Origin: Bryobacterales bacterium | GTDB lineage: Bacteria > Acidobacteriota > Terriglobia > Bryobacterales > JACQDG01 | Direction of reading: 5' to 3' | DNA length: 64,000 bases | Assembly: GCA_035652135.1 (NCBI GenBank) | Contig: DASREK010000015.1 | Span: 14,846-78,845, forward strand | Part shown: positions 18,961-27,946 of the stretch, piece after piece | Numbering within the stretch: position 1 is the first letter of the stretch | Layout: each line of letters begins with the position of its first letter | Translations under genes and position numbers: made by a program | Notes under the pieces: model-generated | Told to the model about the DNA's origin: nothing | Database searches by the model: none | The model's input: only the letters and a program-made list of their open reading frames with translations

Positions 18961-20574
18961 CTAGCGGGTTACGTTCTCTGCCAACGCGAACGAAATCAGC
19001 GCATGGCCGGCGGCGACGGCAACATGTTGTTTCCCGTCGCTCAGATAGGTGATCGGATTGGCGAAAATCGCTCCGCCCGCCGGAAACCGCCAGAGCGGCT
19101 TCCCGGTCGCCGCATCGAGGGCGAAAAGGTAGCCTTCGTTGGCGACGCCGAAAACCAGTCCCCCGGCAGTGGAAAGCACGCCGCCCCACGGGGGAGACTG
19201 CAAGTGGAATTCCCACCGCTTTCGCCCGGTTTCCACTTCCAAAGCCCGAATGTAGCCCGTCGGCTCCACTCCCGGCAGCCCGCGAAAGCTGCCGCCGACA
19301 TACAACGCTCCCGGCTGGTAAATAGCCTCGCCTCGAAAAAAAATCGTGGATTCTTCGCGCACTGCCACGTAAAACAGGCTGGTCTGCGGGCTGTAGGACG
19401 GGCTGAACCAGTTCGTACCGCCATGAAGGCTCGGGTACACGCCGCTGCCTTCCGGCGAAGGCTCCGTGTTGGGCAATGCAATGGGGCGGCCGCGAACATC
19501 CAGACCCTTGGCCCAGGTTTGCTTCGCATATTCCCGGCCCAGCAGAAACTCGCCAGTTTGGCGGTCAAGGACGTAATAGAAAGAGTTGCGATTGCCGGTC
19601 ACAACCAGCTTGCGGGGCCGCCCTTGAAAAGCCCGGTCCACGAGGACCGGTATTTGATTGGCGTCCCAGTCGTGCGTATCGTGCGGCGTAAACTGAAAAT
19701 GCCATTGCAGCCGGCCGGTATCGGCGTCCAGCGCGATGAGACTGCACGAATAGAGATTGTCGCCAGCCCTGGATGTTCCGTTGTAGTTAGGACCGGGGTT
19801 GCCCACGCCCCAATAGATCAAGTTCAGGTCCGGGTCGTAGGAGCCGGTGAGCCATGTGGTGGCTGACCCCGTTTTCCAGCTTTCACCGGCCCAGGTCTCG
19901 TTGCCCGGCTCACCGGGCGCGGGTACTGTCCAGAAACGCCAGACTCTCTTGCCCGTCTTGGCGTCATAGGCGTCCAGGAAACCGCGGACGCCAAATTCGC
20001 CTCCGGCCACGCCAACGATAATTTTGTCCTTTACCGCGAGCGGGGCCGCGGTCATCGTGTAGCCGCTCTTGTAGTCGGCCGCGGTCACGTCCCAGCGCAC
20101 ACGGCCGGTCTTGGCGTCCAGCGCGACCAAGTGGTCGTCGAGCGTAGAGACAAAGACGGTTTCCCCTAAGCCCGCCAAGCCGCGGTTTACCTGGCCGCAG
20201 CAGATGTGAATGTCGTCGGGGATCGCCCGCGCATAGCGCCAAATGGGCCGGCCAGTGCGAGCATCGAGAGCGGCGACGTTGCTCGGCGGCTCGGTAATGA
20301 AAACCAACCCGTCGGCGGCCAGCGGCGTTGTTTCGAATTTGTTGGGATCGTTCACCTGATACATCCAAACCGGCCGCAGTCCGCTCACGTTGGCCGGAGT
20401 GATCTGGGCCAGCGCCGAGTAGCGATGGCTGCTGTAGTCGCCGGAATATGTGAGCCAGTTGGCGGGGTCCGAAACCGCGCGCAAGATGCGTTCATAGCTA
20501 AATTGCGCCGGGATCGGGAGCCGCAGCGCGGCCAGAAGCCAGACCAGCCTCAATGCGGACGCCCCGCGGCTCAT
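18961..20574 (-). CDS. PQQ-dependent dehydrogenase family beta-propeller (methanol/ethanol quinoprotein type)
   Basis: Signal peptide and repeated W-containing propeller blades. The hallmark vicinal cysteine pair sits in DIHICCGQVNRG, followed by GNPGPN...GDNLY. Confidence 0.85.
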   Translation of the reverse strand: MSRGASALRLVWLLAALRLPIPAQFSYERILRAVSDPANWLTYSGDYSSHRYSALAQITPANVSGLRPVWMYQVNDPNKFETTPLAADGLVFITEPPSNVAALDARTGRPIWRYARAIPDDIHICCGQVNRGLAGLGETVFVSTLDDHLVALDAKTGRVRWDVTAADYKSGYTMTAAPLAVKDKIIVGVAGGEFGVRGFLDAYDAKTGKRVWRFWTVPAPGEPGNETWAGESWKTGSATTWLTGSYDPDLNLIYWGVGNPGPNYNGTSRAGDNLYSCSLIALDADTGRLQWHFQFTPHDTHDWDANQIPVLVDRAFQGRPRKLVVTGNRNSFYYVLDRQTGEFLLGREYAKQTWAKGLDVRGRPIALPNTEPSPEGSGVYPSLHGGTNWFSPSYSPQTSLFYVAVREESTIFFRGEAIYQPGALYVGGSFRGLPGVEPTGYIRALEVETGRKRWEFHLQSPPWGGVLSTAGGLVFGVANEGYLFALDAATGKPLWRFPAGGAIFANPITYLSDGKQHVAVAAGHALISFALAENVTR

Positions 20575-21518
20575 CGGCCGCCCCGCAAGGAGACTAGATA
20601 GGCAATCAGGTCATCCATCTCAGCGGGCGTAAAGACGCCCCGATAGCTCGGCATAGGAGACTTGCCCCAATCCTTATGCAGTTCGGCCAGCTCGCTTTTC
20701 CAAAAGGAGTAGATGTGGTCCGAGAAGTCGCGGATCTGAATGGAAAACGGATCTTCATTCAGGCGGATGCCCGTAATGCGCTGTCCGTCTTTGGTCACGA
20801 CGCGCACTTGCAGGAAATTATCGGGCAGTAGAGTGACGAAGCGGTAGAGGAAGAAATTTTCCGGGATGGCCCGCTCTGGATTCGTTATGGCCGTCCGCAA
20901 ATAGCCGGGACTGCGCCGCTCTCCGATGTCGGTGAGCTCCGGGCCAAGGCGGCCGCCTTCGCCAGCAATCATGTGGCACTGCCCGCATTTGCCCTTGCCG
21001 CGGTAGAGCTCGGCGCCGCGAACCGGGTCGCCGTGCACCGGCGGGGAAGAGCGTTGGAGCGTCCGGACGTAGGCGATCACCTGCCAGATATCACGATCGA
21101 GCAAGTGCCGCGTGTTGGGCATTTCCGTTCCCGGTATCCCCCTACGGATGACGCTGAAAAAGATCCGGTCATCGCTGGCCCGCGGCAAATGAGGACGGGT
21201 CAGATCGGATCCCTTGCCTCCATCGCCATTCGGCCCGTGGCACGGAGCGCAATTGCTCAAAAACAGGCGCTTGCCTTCTTCCAAGTCTTCCGCCGTGGGG
21301 AAAGGCGCCGGAGGCGGTGGCGGAGGGGGCTGCAAGGCGGACGGCGGCAGGGGCGAGGACACTACCTGGGCCCAGCCCAGCAGATGTCCCCAACAGATTG
21401 CCAGGGTAAGGAAACTAATCCAACGCAAATGAAAATATATCACTTCCTGAAGCCCGTGACCCGGCGCCCGATGAGCAGAACGGCCCGATAGCTCGTCTCT
21501 AAGACAGCCCTCTCGCAT
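20571..21518 (-). CDS. Di-haem c-type cytochrome (cytochrome c domain plus Planctomycete/Verrucomicrobia-type haem-binding domain)
   Basis: Two CxxCH motifs (CAPCH, CGQCH). Its stop overlaps the quinoprotein start (ATGA, 20571-20574). The real start is probably internal (GTG 21443, VIYFHLRWISFLTLAICWGHLLGWAQV signal-like). Confidence 0.75.
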   Translation of the reverse strand: MREGCLRDELSGRSAHRAPGHGLQEVIYFHLRWISFLTLAICWGHLLGWAQVVSSPLPPSALQPPPPPPPAPFPTAEDLEEGKRLFLSNCAPCHGPNGDGGKGSDLTRPHLPRASDDRIFFSVIRRGIPGTEMPNTRHLLDRDIWQVIAYVRTLQRSSPPVHGDPVRGAELYRGKGKCGQCHMIAGEGGRLGPELTDIGERRSPGYLRTAITNPERAIPENFFLYRFVTLLPDNFLQVRVVTKDGQRITGIRLNEDPFSIQIRDFSDHIYSFWKSELAELHKDWGKSPMPSYRGVFTPAEMDDLIAYLVSLRGGR

Positions 21519-21648
21519 TTCAGCCGGCCGGTAGCTGGCGGCGCACGTTGAGAATTTGCACTCTGATAATGCTCATGGCGGGCGCATCCGGTATATTTCG
21601 GATGATCGGTGGCCGGCAGCCGCCCTCTTCTCCGGCTCAGTGGCGGGG

Positions 21649-22692
21649 ATGGATTTGCGAGAATTTGAGGCCAAACTCGAACGCATCCGGCGATGGCTCG
21701 CCGCAGAGCGGTACGACGCGGTAGAGATCACGCGCTATTCCTGGCTGGCCTGGCTGCTCGAAGGGGCTGAAGCCCGCGTCCTCCTGTCTTCGGAACGCGG
21801 CAATTGCTCGGTGATCGTAACGGCAGAAAAGATTTTTATGGTTGCCAACAACATCGAAGCTCCGCGTTTAAAAGAGGAAGAAATCGGCGAGTTGCCTCTG
21901 GAATGGAGAATCTACAACTGGTGGGAGCGGCCGCCCAGCGTGCTGCCCCAAAACGCCAGAGTCGCTTCGGAGATGCCCGCCAGCCTTCGTTTTTCCCTGC
22001 TCGAGCCCGAGGTGGCACGTGCCCGGAAGCTGGGTCGGGAGGCGGCCGAAGGGCTCGAAACGGCTGCTCGAAGCCTCTGCCCCGGCCTTTCTGAGCGTGA
22101 GATCGCGGGGCGCATCGCCGCGCAAGCTATGGGCAGAGGTCTTACTCCGGCCGGCTTGTTCGTGGCTGCCGATGAACGCGGCAAGCAATTCCGCCATCCC
22201 ATCCCTACCGCCAAGATCGCATATCGTTATGCGATCTTGAGCCTGGTCGCCCGCCGCCACGGGCTGCACGCGAGCGTCACACGAACGGTTTCCTTCGGTC
22301 CGGCTTGCGGGGAGATGCTGCGTCGGCACCGCGCGGCGAGCCGGGTGCATGCGGCGATGCTCGTCGCGTCCCTGCCGGGCACGCCGCTGGGCGAAATCTT
22401 CGCCGAGGCGCAGAGAGTCTATCGAGATTCCGGTTTCGCGGAGGAGTGGACCTTCCATCATCAAGGCGGCCCGGCAGGTTACGAATCCCGCGAGGCTCGC
22501 GCTGCGCCTGGCTCGGCCGAGCGGCTGCAAGAAAATCAAATGGTTGCGTGGAATCCCACGATTCGCGGCGCGAAATCGGAGGAAACCGCGCTGGCGGCCG
22601 GCCGGCGGGTCGAGTTGTTGACCCGTACCGGCTGCTGGCCCGAACTCGAGGGAGACATGCCTCTGGCCGATGTGCTCATGATAGAAAGCTGA
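21649..22692 (+). CDS. M24 (creatinase/prolidase fold) family protein; metal-ligand motifs look degenerate
   Basis: The start is set to ATG 21649 (MDLREFEAKLERIRRWL). The C-terminal pita-bread-like region is present, but it reads LHASVTRTV / HHQGGPAGYE / AWNPT where canonical M24 has DxTRT / HGxGxxxHE / EPG. Confidence 0.5.
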   Translation: MDLREFEAKLERIRRWLAAERYDAVEITRYSWLAWLLEGAEARVLLSSERGNCSVIVTAEKIFMVANNIEAPRLKEEEIGELPLEWRIYNWWERPPSVLPQNARVASEMPASLRFSLLEPEVARARKLGREAAEGLETAARSLCPGLSEREIAGRIAAQAMGRGLTPAGLFVAADERGKQFRHPIPTAKIAYRYAILSLVARRHGLHASVTRTVSFGPACGEMLRRHRAASRVHAAMLVASLPGTPLGEIFAEAQRVYRDSGFAEEWTFHHQGGPAGYESREARAAPGSAERLQENQMVAWNPTIRGAKSEETALAAGRRVELLTRTGCWPELEGDMPLADVLMIES

Positions 22693-22751
22693 CATCGATT
22701 TTCCAAACGGCGTCCCCGCCTGTTATCCTGCAACCCAGAGCGAGTTGGCAA

Positions 22752-24077
22752 ATGACGCCTCAAAAATTGCAAGAAGCCGCTCCGCCCGTTATCAAGCCCT
22801 GGTACACCGGCCTGACCGGCTATCACTGGTGGGTGCTGAGCGTCGCATCCCTGGGTTGGCTTTTCGACACGATGGATCAGCGCATCTTCGTGCTCTCGCG
22901 CGGGCCGGCTCTGATGTCTCTACTCCCTGCTGGAACGAGTCCGGCCGACATCACCTGGTATAGCGGTCTGGCCACCTCAATTTTCATGGCGGGCTGGGCG
23001 ATCGGCGGTTTCTATTTGGGGATTATTGGAGACCGCTGGGGCCGCGCGCGTACCATGATGCTCACGATTCTCATGTATTCCCTATTCACCGGCCTCTCCG
23101 CGCTGTCGCGCAATTGGTGGGATTTTATCGCCTATCGTTTTCTTACCGGCCTCGGCGTCGGTGGAGAATTCGCAGCCGGGGTTTCGCTGGTGGCCGAAGT
23201 CATGCCGGACCACGCGCGCGCGCACGCCCTGGGCATCTTGCAGGCGCTATCGACCGTGGGAAATATCACCGGTTCCGCCATCAGCCTGGTGGTCCTCCCT
23301 CTGGGGTGGCGCTGGATGTTTTTAGTCGGCATCGTTCCGGCTCTGCTCGTGGTTTTCGTATTCCGCACCATGAAAGAGCCCGAGGCCTGGCAAAAAGCCC
23401 GGGCTTCGGCGCAGGTTGGGGCTCAAAACAGAATGGGGTCTGCCGGCGATTTGTTCCGGGACCGCCGCTGGCGCAGAAACACCTTTATCGGATTGAGTCT
23501 GGCGATTTCGGGCGTGGTTGGGTTGTGGGGCATTGGTTTCTGGACGCCGGAATTGATACGCTCGGCGCTGGCCAGCGCGCCCGCCGCATCGCGAAACTGG
23601 TATGCCAGCATGGGAACGCTGCTGCAAGACGTCGGCGCGTTTTTTGGAATTTATGGGTTCACGATCATTACCGCTCGCGTGGGCCGCCGCAAGGCATTTG
23701 TGGCCGCATTCTTGATTGGATTGGCGGCGACCGTGATGACGTTCGGCTGGCTGCGGCGGCCGCAGGACGTTTTCTGGATGATCCCGGTGCTCGGCTTCTG
23801 CAACCTTTCCGTATTCGGCGGATACTCCATTTATTTCCCCGAGCTCTATCCGACAAGGCTGCGCAGCACGGGCGTGGGTTTTTGCTACAACGTGGGCCGC
23901 ATCGTCGCCGCGCTGGGACCCTTCACGCTGGGCGGCCTCACGGTTGTTTTTGCGAAAGCCGGATTTGCCAGCCCTTTCCGGGCTGCGGCCATCTTGCTGG
24001 CATCGATTTACCTGCTGGGCGTTTTCACTATGCGATACGCCCCGGAAACCATGGGCAAGCCGCTCCCTGAAGAATAA
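22752..24077 (+). CDS. MFS transporter
   Basis: The start is set to ATG 22752 (MTPQKLQEAAPP...). The protein has 12 hydrophobic segments and the loop motif GIIGDRWGRARTM. The ORF-track start 22305 overlaps the preceding gene. Confidence 0.85.
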   Translation: MTPQKLQEAAPPVIKPWYTGLTGYHWWVLSVASLGWLFDTMDQRIFVLSRGPALMSLLPAGTSPADITWYSGLATSIFMAGWAIGGFYLGIIGDRWGRARTMMLTILMYSLFTGLSALSRNWWDFIAYRFLTGLGVGGEFAAGVSLVAEVMPDHARAHALGILQALSTVGNITGSAISLVVLPLGWRWMFLVGIVPALLVVFVFRTMKEPEAWQKARASAQVGAQNRMGSAGDLFRDRRWRRNTFIGLSLAISGVVGLWGIGFWTPELIRSALASAPAASRNWYASMGTLLQDVGAFFGIYGFTIITARVGRRKAFVAAFLIGLAATVMTFGWLRRPQDVFWMIPVLGFCNLSVFGGYSIYFPELYPTRLRSTGVGFCYNVGRIVAALGPFTLGGLTVVFAKAGFASPFRAAAILLASIYLLGVFTMRYAPETMGKPLPEE

Positions 24078-24206
24078 GGCGATCTGTGAAAAATCCATGA
24101 CGGAAGCGAGGCCGCGAAAAGCGGCCGCAGCGCGCCCGGATCCCAACGTTCCGGGTCTATGATAATGGTTGGCGTCCGGAGTAGGAGCCAGCGCCGCTAA
24201 CTTGGC

Positions 24207-25712
24207 ATGAAGTATTTCATTTACAAAAGCCTTGCCGAGATCGAAGCTGATGCGGAGCGCATCGGGGCGAAGCACGTGGCGTTCGAGCATAACCCGGCCA
24301 AGGTACAGGCCGTCTTGAGCCAGCCGGCGGCAGTGGGAGGCTTCCGCGTAGGCAATTCGATCGCGATTCATCCCATGGAGGGCTGCGACGGGGACTTGGA
24401 CGGAAGCCCCGGCGAACTGACCTGGCGCCGCTACGAACGGTTTGGACGCAGCGGGGCCAAGCTGCTATGGTTCGAGGCCACCGCGGTCCGCGAAGACGGC
24501 CGCGCCAACACTCGTCAGTTGTGGATCCACGAAGGCACTGTCGACAAGCTGCGAAACCTTCTCGGCCACACCCGGGCCGTGCACAAAGAGCTCTATGGCA
24601 CGGCCGATGACCTGCTTGAGGTGCTGCAATTGACGCACTCCGGCCGCCACAGCGTCGGCCGAAAGATGATCGCGGTTCACAATCCATGTGTGGACGCCAA
24701 GACGGGCGTGCCGGCCAGCTATCCAGTGGTCCCGGATGAGGAATTGGAGCGGCTCGAAGACGACTACGTCGCTGCGGCGCGGCTGGCCTGGCAAGCCGGT
24801 TTTCGCGCGGTAGACATCAAAGCGACACATGGGTATCTGGTGGCCGAGCTGCTTGGAGCGAAGCGCCGGCCAGGGCGATACGGAGGCCCTCTGGAAAACC
24901 GCCTGCGGCTGCTGCGCAACGTGATCGGCAAAATTCGCTCCGAGTTGGGGAATCAGCTCCTCGTTTGCGTGCGGCTGGGCTGCTTTGACGGCGTTCCCTT
25001 CTACGCCGACGCCGCAACCAATAAGGGCGTGCCTTGCCGCTACGAGGTCCCCTATCCGCATGGCTTCGGCGTCGATCCGGCCGACCCGCTGCGCGAGGAT
25101 TTGACCGAGGTGAAGCAGGCCGTGCGGTGTTTAGAGTCCTGGGGCGTGGCGCTGCTGAACATCTCCTGCGGCAGCCCCTACTTCGACCCCCACGTGTTGC
25201 GCCCCTGTGAGAAGCCGGATGACGGAAACTACGACGCTCCCGAGCATCCGCTGCTCGGCGTGGACCGGCATTTCCGCATAGCAGCCGAGCTGCAACAAAC
25301 CTTCCCCCGGCTGCCGATGGTGGGCAGCGGCTATAGCTGGCTTCAGAAGTACGCAATCAATGCGGGGGCGAAGAACATTTCCGAAGGAAGGATTCGATTC
25401 TTCGGGTCGGGCCGGGGGGCGCTGGCGCATCCTGATTTCGCCCGGGAAGCGCTGGAGCGAGGCGAGCTGGACGAGCGCAAGGTTTGCAAAACCTTGACGT
25501 TCTGCACGTTTCTCATGCGCCAGAAGAACCACCCGATGGGACAATTTCCTTGCGGCTGCCCGCCGTTCGATAAGCAAGGCTATGGGAGAATCATGAAACT
25601 TGCGGTGGAAGCCAAGCGGTCGCAGCGCGCGCCAAACAGCCTGCCGGCGGGCGGGCCCGAAACCGCGAGAGGCGGGAATGACCCTGTTGCAAATCGAGAC
25701 AAGACACGTTGA
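24207..25712 (+). CDS. NADH:flavin oxidoreductase (Old Yellow Enzyme-like TIM barrel) with a Cys-rich C-terminal extension
   Basis: HPMEG...LLWFEATAV...DIKATHGYLVAELL is OYE-like. The C-terminal CKTLTFCTFLMRQKNHPMGQFPCGC is an additional cysteine cluster. Confidence 0.65.
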   Translation: MKYFIYKSLAEIEADAERIGAKHVAFEHNPAKVQAVLSQPAAVGGFRVGNSIAIHPMEGCDGDLDGSPGELTWRRYERFGRSGAKLLWFEATAVREDGRANTRQLWIHEGTVDKLRNLLGHTRAVHKELYGTADDLLEVLQLTHSGRHSVGRKMIAVHNPCVDAKTGVPASYPVVPDEELERLEDDYVAAARLAWQAGFRAVDIKATHGYLVAELLGAKRRPGRYGGPLENRLRLLRNVIGKIRSELGNQLLVCVRLGCFDGVPFYADAATNKGVPCRYEVPYPHGFGVDPADPLREDLTEVKQAVRCLESWGVALLNISCGSPYFDPHVLRPCEKPDDGNYDAPEHPLLGVDRHFRIAAELQQTFPRLPMVGSGYSWLQKYAINAGAKNISEGRIRFFGSGRGALAHPDFAREALERGELDERKVCKTLTFCTFLMRQKNHPMGQFPCGCPPFDKQGYGRIMKLAVEAKRSQRAPNSLPAGGPETARGGNDPVANRDKTR

Positions 25713-26058
25713 GCCGGACATCACAATCTTGGAGTTCACCGGGAACATCACTGCCGCGGAGTCGCGGCGCGTGGAAGTTCTGGTTGAAGACCTGCTCAAG
25801 CAGAATTACAGGAAGCTGGTGTTCGATCTGACCGAAGTGAACTACATCGACAGCTCCGGGATGGGGAGCATTGCCCACTGTTTTGCCCGCGCCATCCGCA
25901 ATGACGGAGGGCTTCGCGTCGCCGGCGTGAACAGCCGCGTGAAACACCTTTTTCATCTGACGCGGCTCGACGCGGTTTTCCCTTTTTACGCGACCTCCCT
26001 GGCTGCCTGCGCCGGTTTTGAACCCGCGGCCAAGCCTGGCGAGCAGTTGCTATGGTGA
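25678..26058 (+). CDS. STAS-domain protein (anti-sigma-factor antagonist type)
   Basis: ITILEFTGNITAAESRRVEVLVEDLLKQNYRKLVFDLTEVNYIDSSGMG fits the SpoIIAA/RsbV pattern. The start ATG 25678 overlaps the end of the OYE-like gene. Confidence 0.8.
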   Translation: MTLLQIETRHVEPDITILEFTGNITAAESRRVEVLVEDLLKQNYRKLVFDLTEVNYIDSSGMGSIAHCFARAIRNDGGLRVAGVNSRVKHLFHLTRLDAVFPFYATSLAACAGFEPAAKPGEQLLW

Positions 26059-26112
26059 AGCAGTCGGCGTCGTTAACTGGTGCGTGCCGCCGATTTGCTG
26101 TATGCTACGGCC

Positions 26113-26472
26113 ATGCTGCAAATTGACACCAGGGAGCTTGGATCGGGCATCACGGTCGTGACGCTCGCGGGCAAGATCACGCTGGGACTCGAGAGCCAGC
26201 AGATCGAATCGGTGGTGAAGGACTTGCTCAAACAAAACCGGCGAAAATTGATTTTTGATCTTTCGGGCATTACCTACATCGACAGCACGGGCCTAGGCAT
26301 CCTCACGTTTTGCTCTTCCCGCGCCACAGAAGCGGGCGGCAAATTGTGTATAGCCGGAGCCGCCAGCCTGCCCGCCAGACTGTTCCACATCACGCGGCTC
26401 GATACGATCATTGCGCTCTATCCCAGCGTGGAAGCCGCGCGCGAATCCCTCGCCGCCGGCACGTCCGGATAG
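26113..26472 (+). CDS. STAS-domain protein (anti-sigma-factor antagonist type), tandem paralog
   Basis: ITVVTLAGKITLGLESQQIESVVKDLLKQNRRKLIFDLSGITYIDSTGLG; start ATG 26113. Confidence 0.8.
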   Translation: MLQIDTRELGSGITVVTLAGKITLGLESQQIESVVKDLLKQNRRKLIFDLSGITYIDSTGLGILTFCSSRATEAGGKLCIAGAASLPARLFHITRLDTIIALYPSVEAARESLAAGTSG

Positions 26473-26489
26473 ACGCCGCCGGCCATTTT

Positions 26490-27620
26490 CTAAGCGACGG
26501 TCTGCCAGCCAAACGCAGTACCGCTTCCGGGCCGGAGAGAACCGAGGCGGGCCAAGAACGCCGTCGAATAAAGCATCCCCAGGATCGAGAGAGGTACGAG
26601 GACGCGCAGCATCGGCAACGGGCTGGCCCACAAAACATACCCTACCGGCATCAGGAGCACAATAGCCAGGGCCCGCGGCCAGCCTTCCGCTGTTCTCGCG
26701 TAAACAATCAGGCAGGCGGGCAGCAGGAGCACAGCGTCGGCAACGGATCCGTGAACGCCGATCAGCAAGCCTCCGGCCAGCGCGGCGGCCAATCCCATTT
26801 CGAAATCCGCGTTTCGCACGATGATCCACACGGCAATGACGGCCGTGAGCCCCACAAGGCCCTCCCACCAGGCAGAGTGCGGCCAGCCGAAAAACAGGCC
26901 GCGCAGATTGGGCATCTGCTCCACCACATCGACGGTTGTCGTCAGCTTCAGAATCTCCCAGTAGCGGGCCGGCCAGCCCAGACCCGCCGTAGCAAAGGAC
27001 AGCGTCACGAAGAACAGCCCGCCGGCCGCCAGACCGAACGCGAAGCGCACAAGCCGCTGCCCCACAATCAGCAAAGCCACAAGCAGAAAGAGATGAAATT
27101 TTGCTGCACAAAAAGAAAAAATCAGGCCAGCCCAGAAATGCCTGCCCTCCCGCTCGAGACGCAGTGACAGTGCGATCCAGAGCAAAAGCAACGGCAGGTC
27201 CTGCGCGTTCATGAAACAAGCGAAGAGCGGAAGAGAAAGACAACTGAACAATACGGTAATGGGAAATGGAGTAGGCCGCCAAAGAGCCAGAAAGCCGGCA
27301 AACCCCGCCAGCAACAGCAATTGCCACAGGAGATAAGCAGTGTGATAAGGCATCCGGCCAAGCGGCCGAATTAAAAGAGCGAGGTAGGGCGGGCGGCAAT
27401 AAAGGTAGTTTTCACCCGTAGATCCTGCTGAGTCCCCCTGAACCTGGCGCACCCGCGCCGGATTGTACAGGTCCGGCGTCCCGCTTAGCTTGGCGCCGGC
27501 GTAAAACATCACAAAATCGTTCACCCCGGCCAGGATGCGGTGCCGGGGAGCCCACGCCATCGGCGCCATAAGCACGATGCCGCATAGGCAGCCAAGAACG
27601 ATAGCGGGATGAAATCTCAT
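26490..27620 (-). CDS. Polytopic membrane protein, GT87/DUF2029-like glycosyltransferase (tentative)
   Basis: 376 aa with about 10 TM segments and an early NDFVMFYAGAKL motif reminiscent of DUF2029/GT87 (GT-C type). Confidence 0.55.
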   Translation of the reverse strand: MRFHPAIVLGCLCGIVLMAPMAWAPRHRILAGVNDFVMFYAGAKLSGTPDLYNPARVRQVQGDSAGSTGENYLYCRPPYLALLIRPLGRMPYHTAYLLWQLLLLAGFAGFLALWRPTPFPITVLFSCLSLPLFACFMNAQDLPLLLLWIALSLRLEREGRHFWAGLIFSFCAAKFHLFLLVALLIVGQRLVRFAFGLAAGGLFFVTLSFATAGLGWPARYWEILKLTTTVDVVEQMPNLRGLFFGWPHSAWWEGLVGLTAVIAVWIIVRNADFEMGLAAALAGGLLIGVHGSVADAVLLLPACLIVYARTAEGWPRALAIVLLMPVGYVLWASPLPMLRVLVPLSILGMLYSTAFLARLGSLRPGSGTAFGWQTVA

Positions 27621-27946
27621 CCTGTCAATCAGCGGGACGCGGCCTTTCGGCGGTCCTGCCTACATGCCAGCCAGCAGCCCATCGTTTTAACAGTGGAACC
27701 GAGTTCAAACGCCGGCAGCGAGCGGGTCTGCAGCGGCCAGGCCGCGCCGCTTCCCAGTCTCCAGCGGCAGCGGGCACAATTCCATAGGGCTCTTAACGGT
27801 AATGCGTCAGAAAAAGGCTCTATCTGCCGACTAGATATGTTTTGTATCCAGTCAGGCAAAGCACGCCCGGGATGCAATGGCTATTGGGAACGCCGGCAGC
27901 CCAGCGGCGAGTCTTTCGAAAGAGGTAAGGCGGAGGAGTTCCGCTT

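Noticed and set aside
18923-19216. ORF-track N-terminal extensions: 18398..19216, 28475..29965, 37165..38643, 21556.., 8431..9528, 56478..57197 and 61638..63260.
   Set aside because: The extensions overlap neighbouring genes or predicted promoters and encode nonsense-like leaders. Internal starts preceded by AGGAGG-type sites, or coinciding with signal peptides, were preferred.
26490-27620. A polytopic membrane protein considered as a possible exosortase (EpsH), given the EPS-type context elsewhere in the window.
   Set aside because: Its early DFxxFYxAA-like motif and overall layout fit DUF2029/GT87-type GT-C proteins better. I could not see the exosortase Cys/Arg/His signature. No protein in the window ends in a PEP-CTERM sorting signal.
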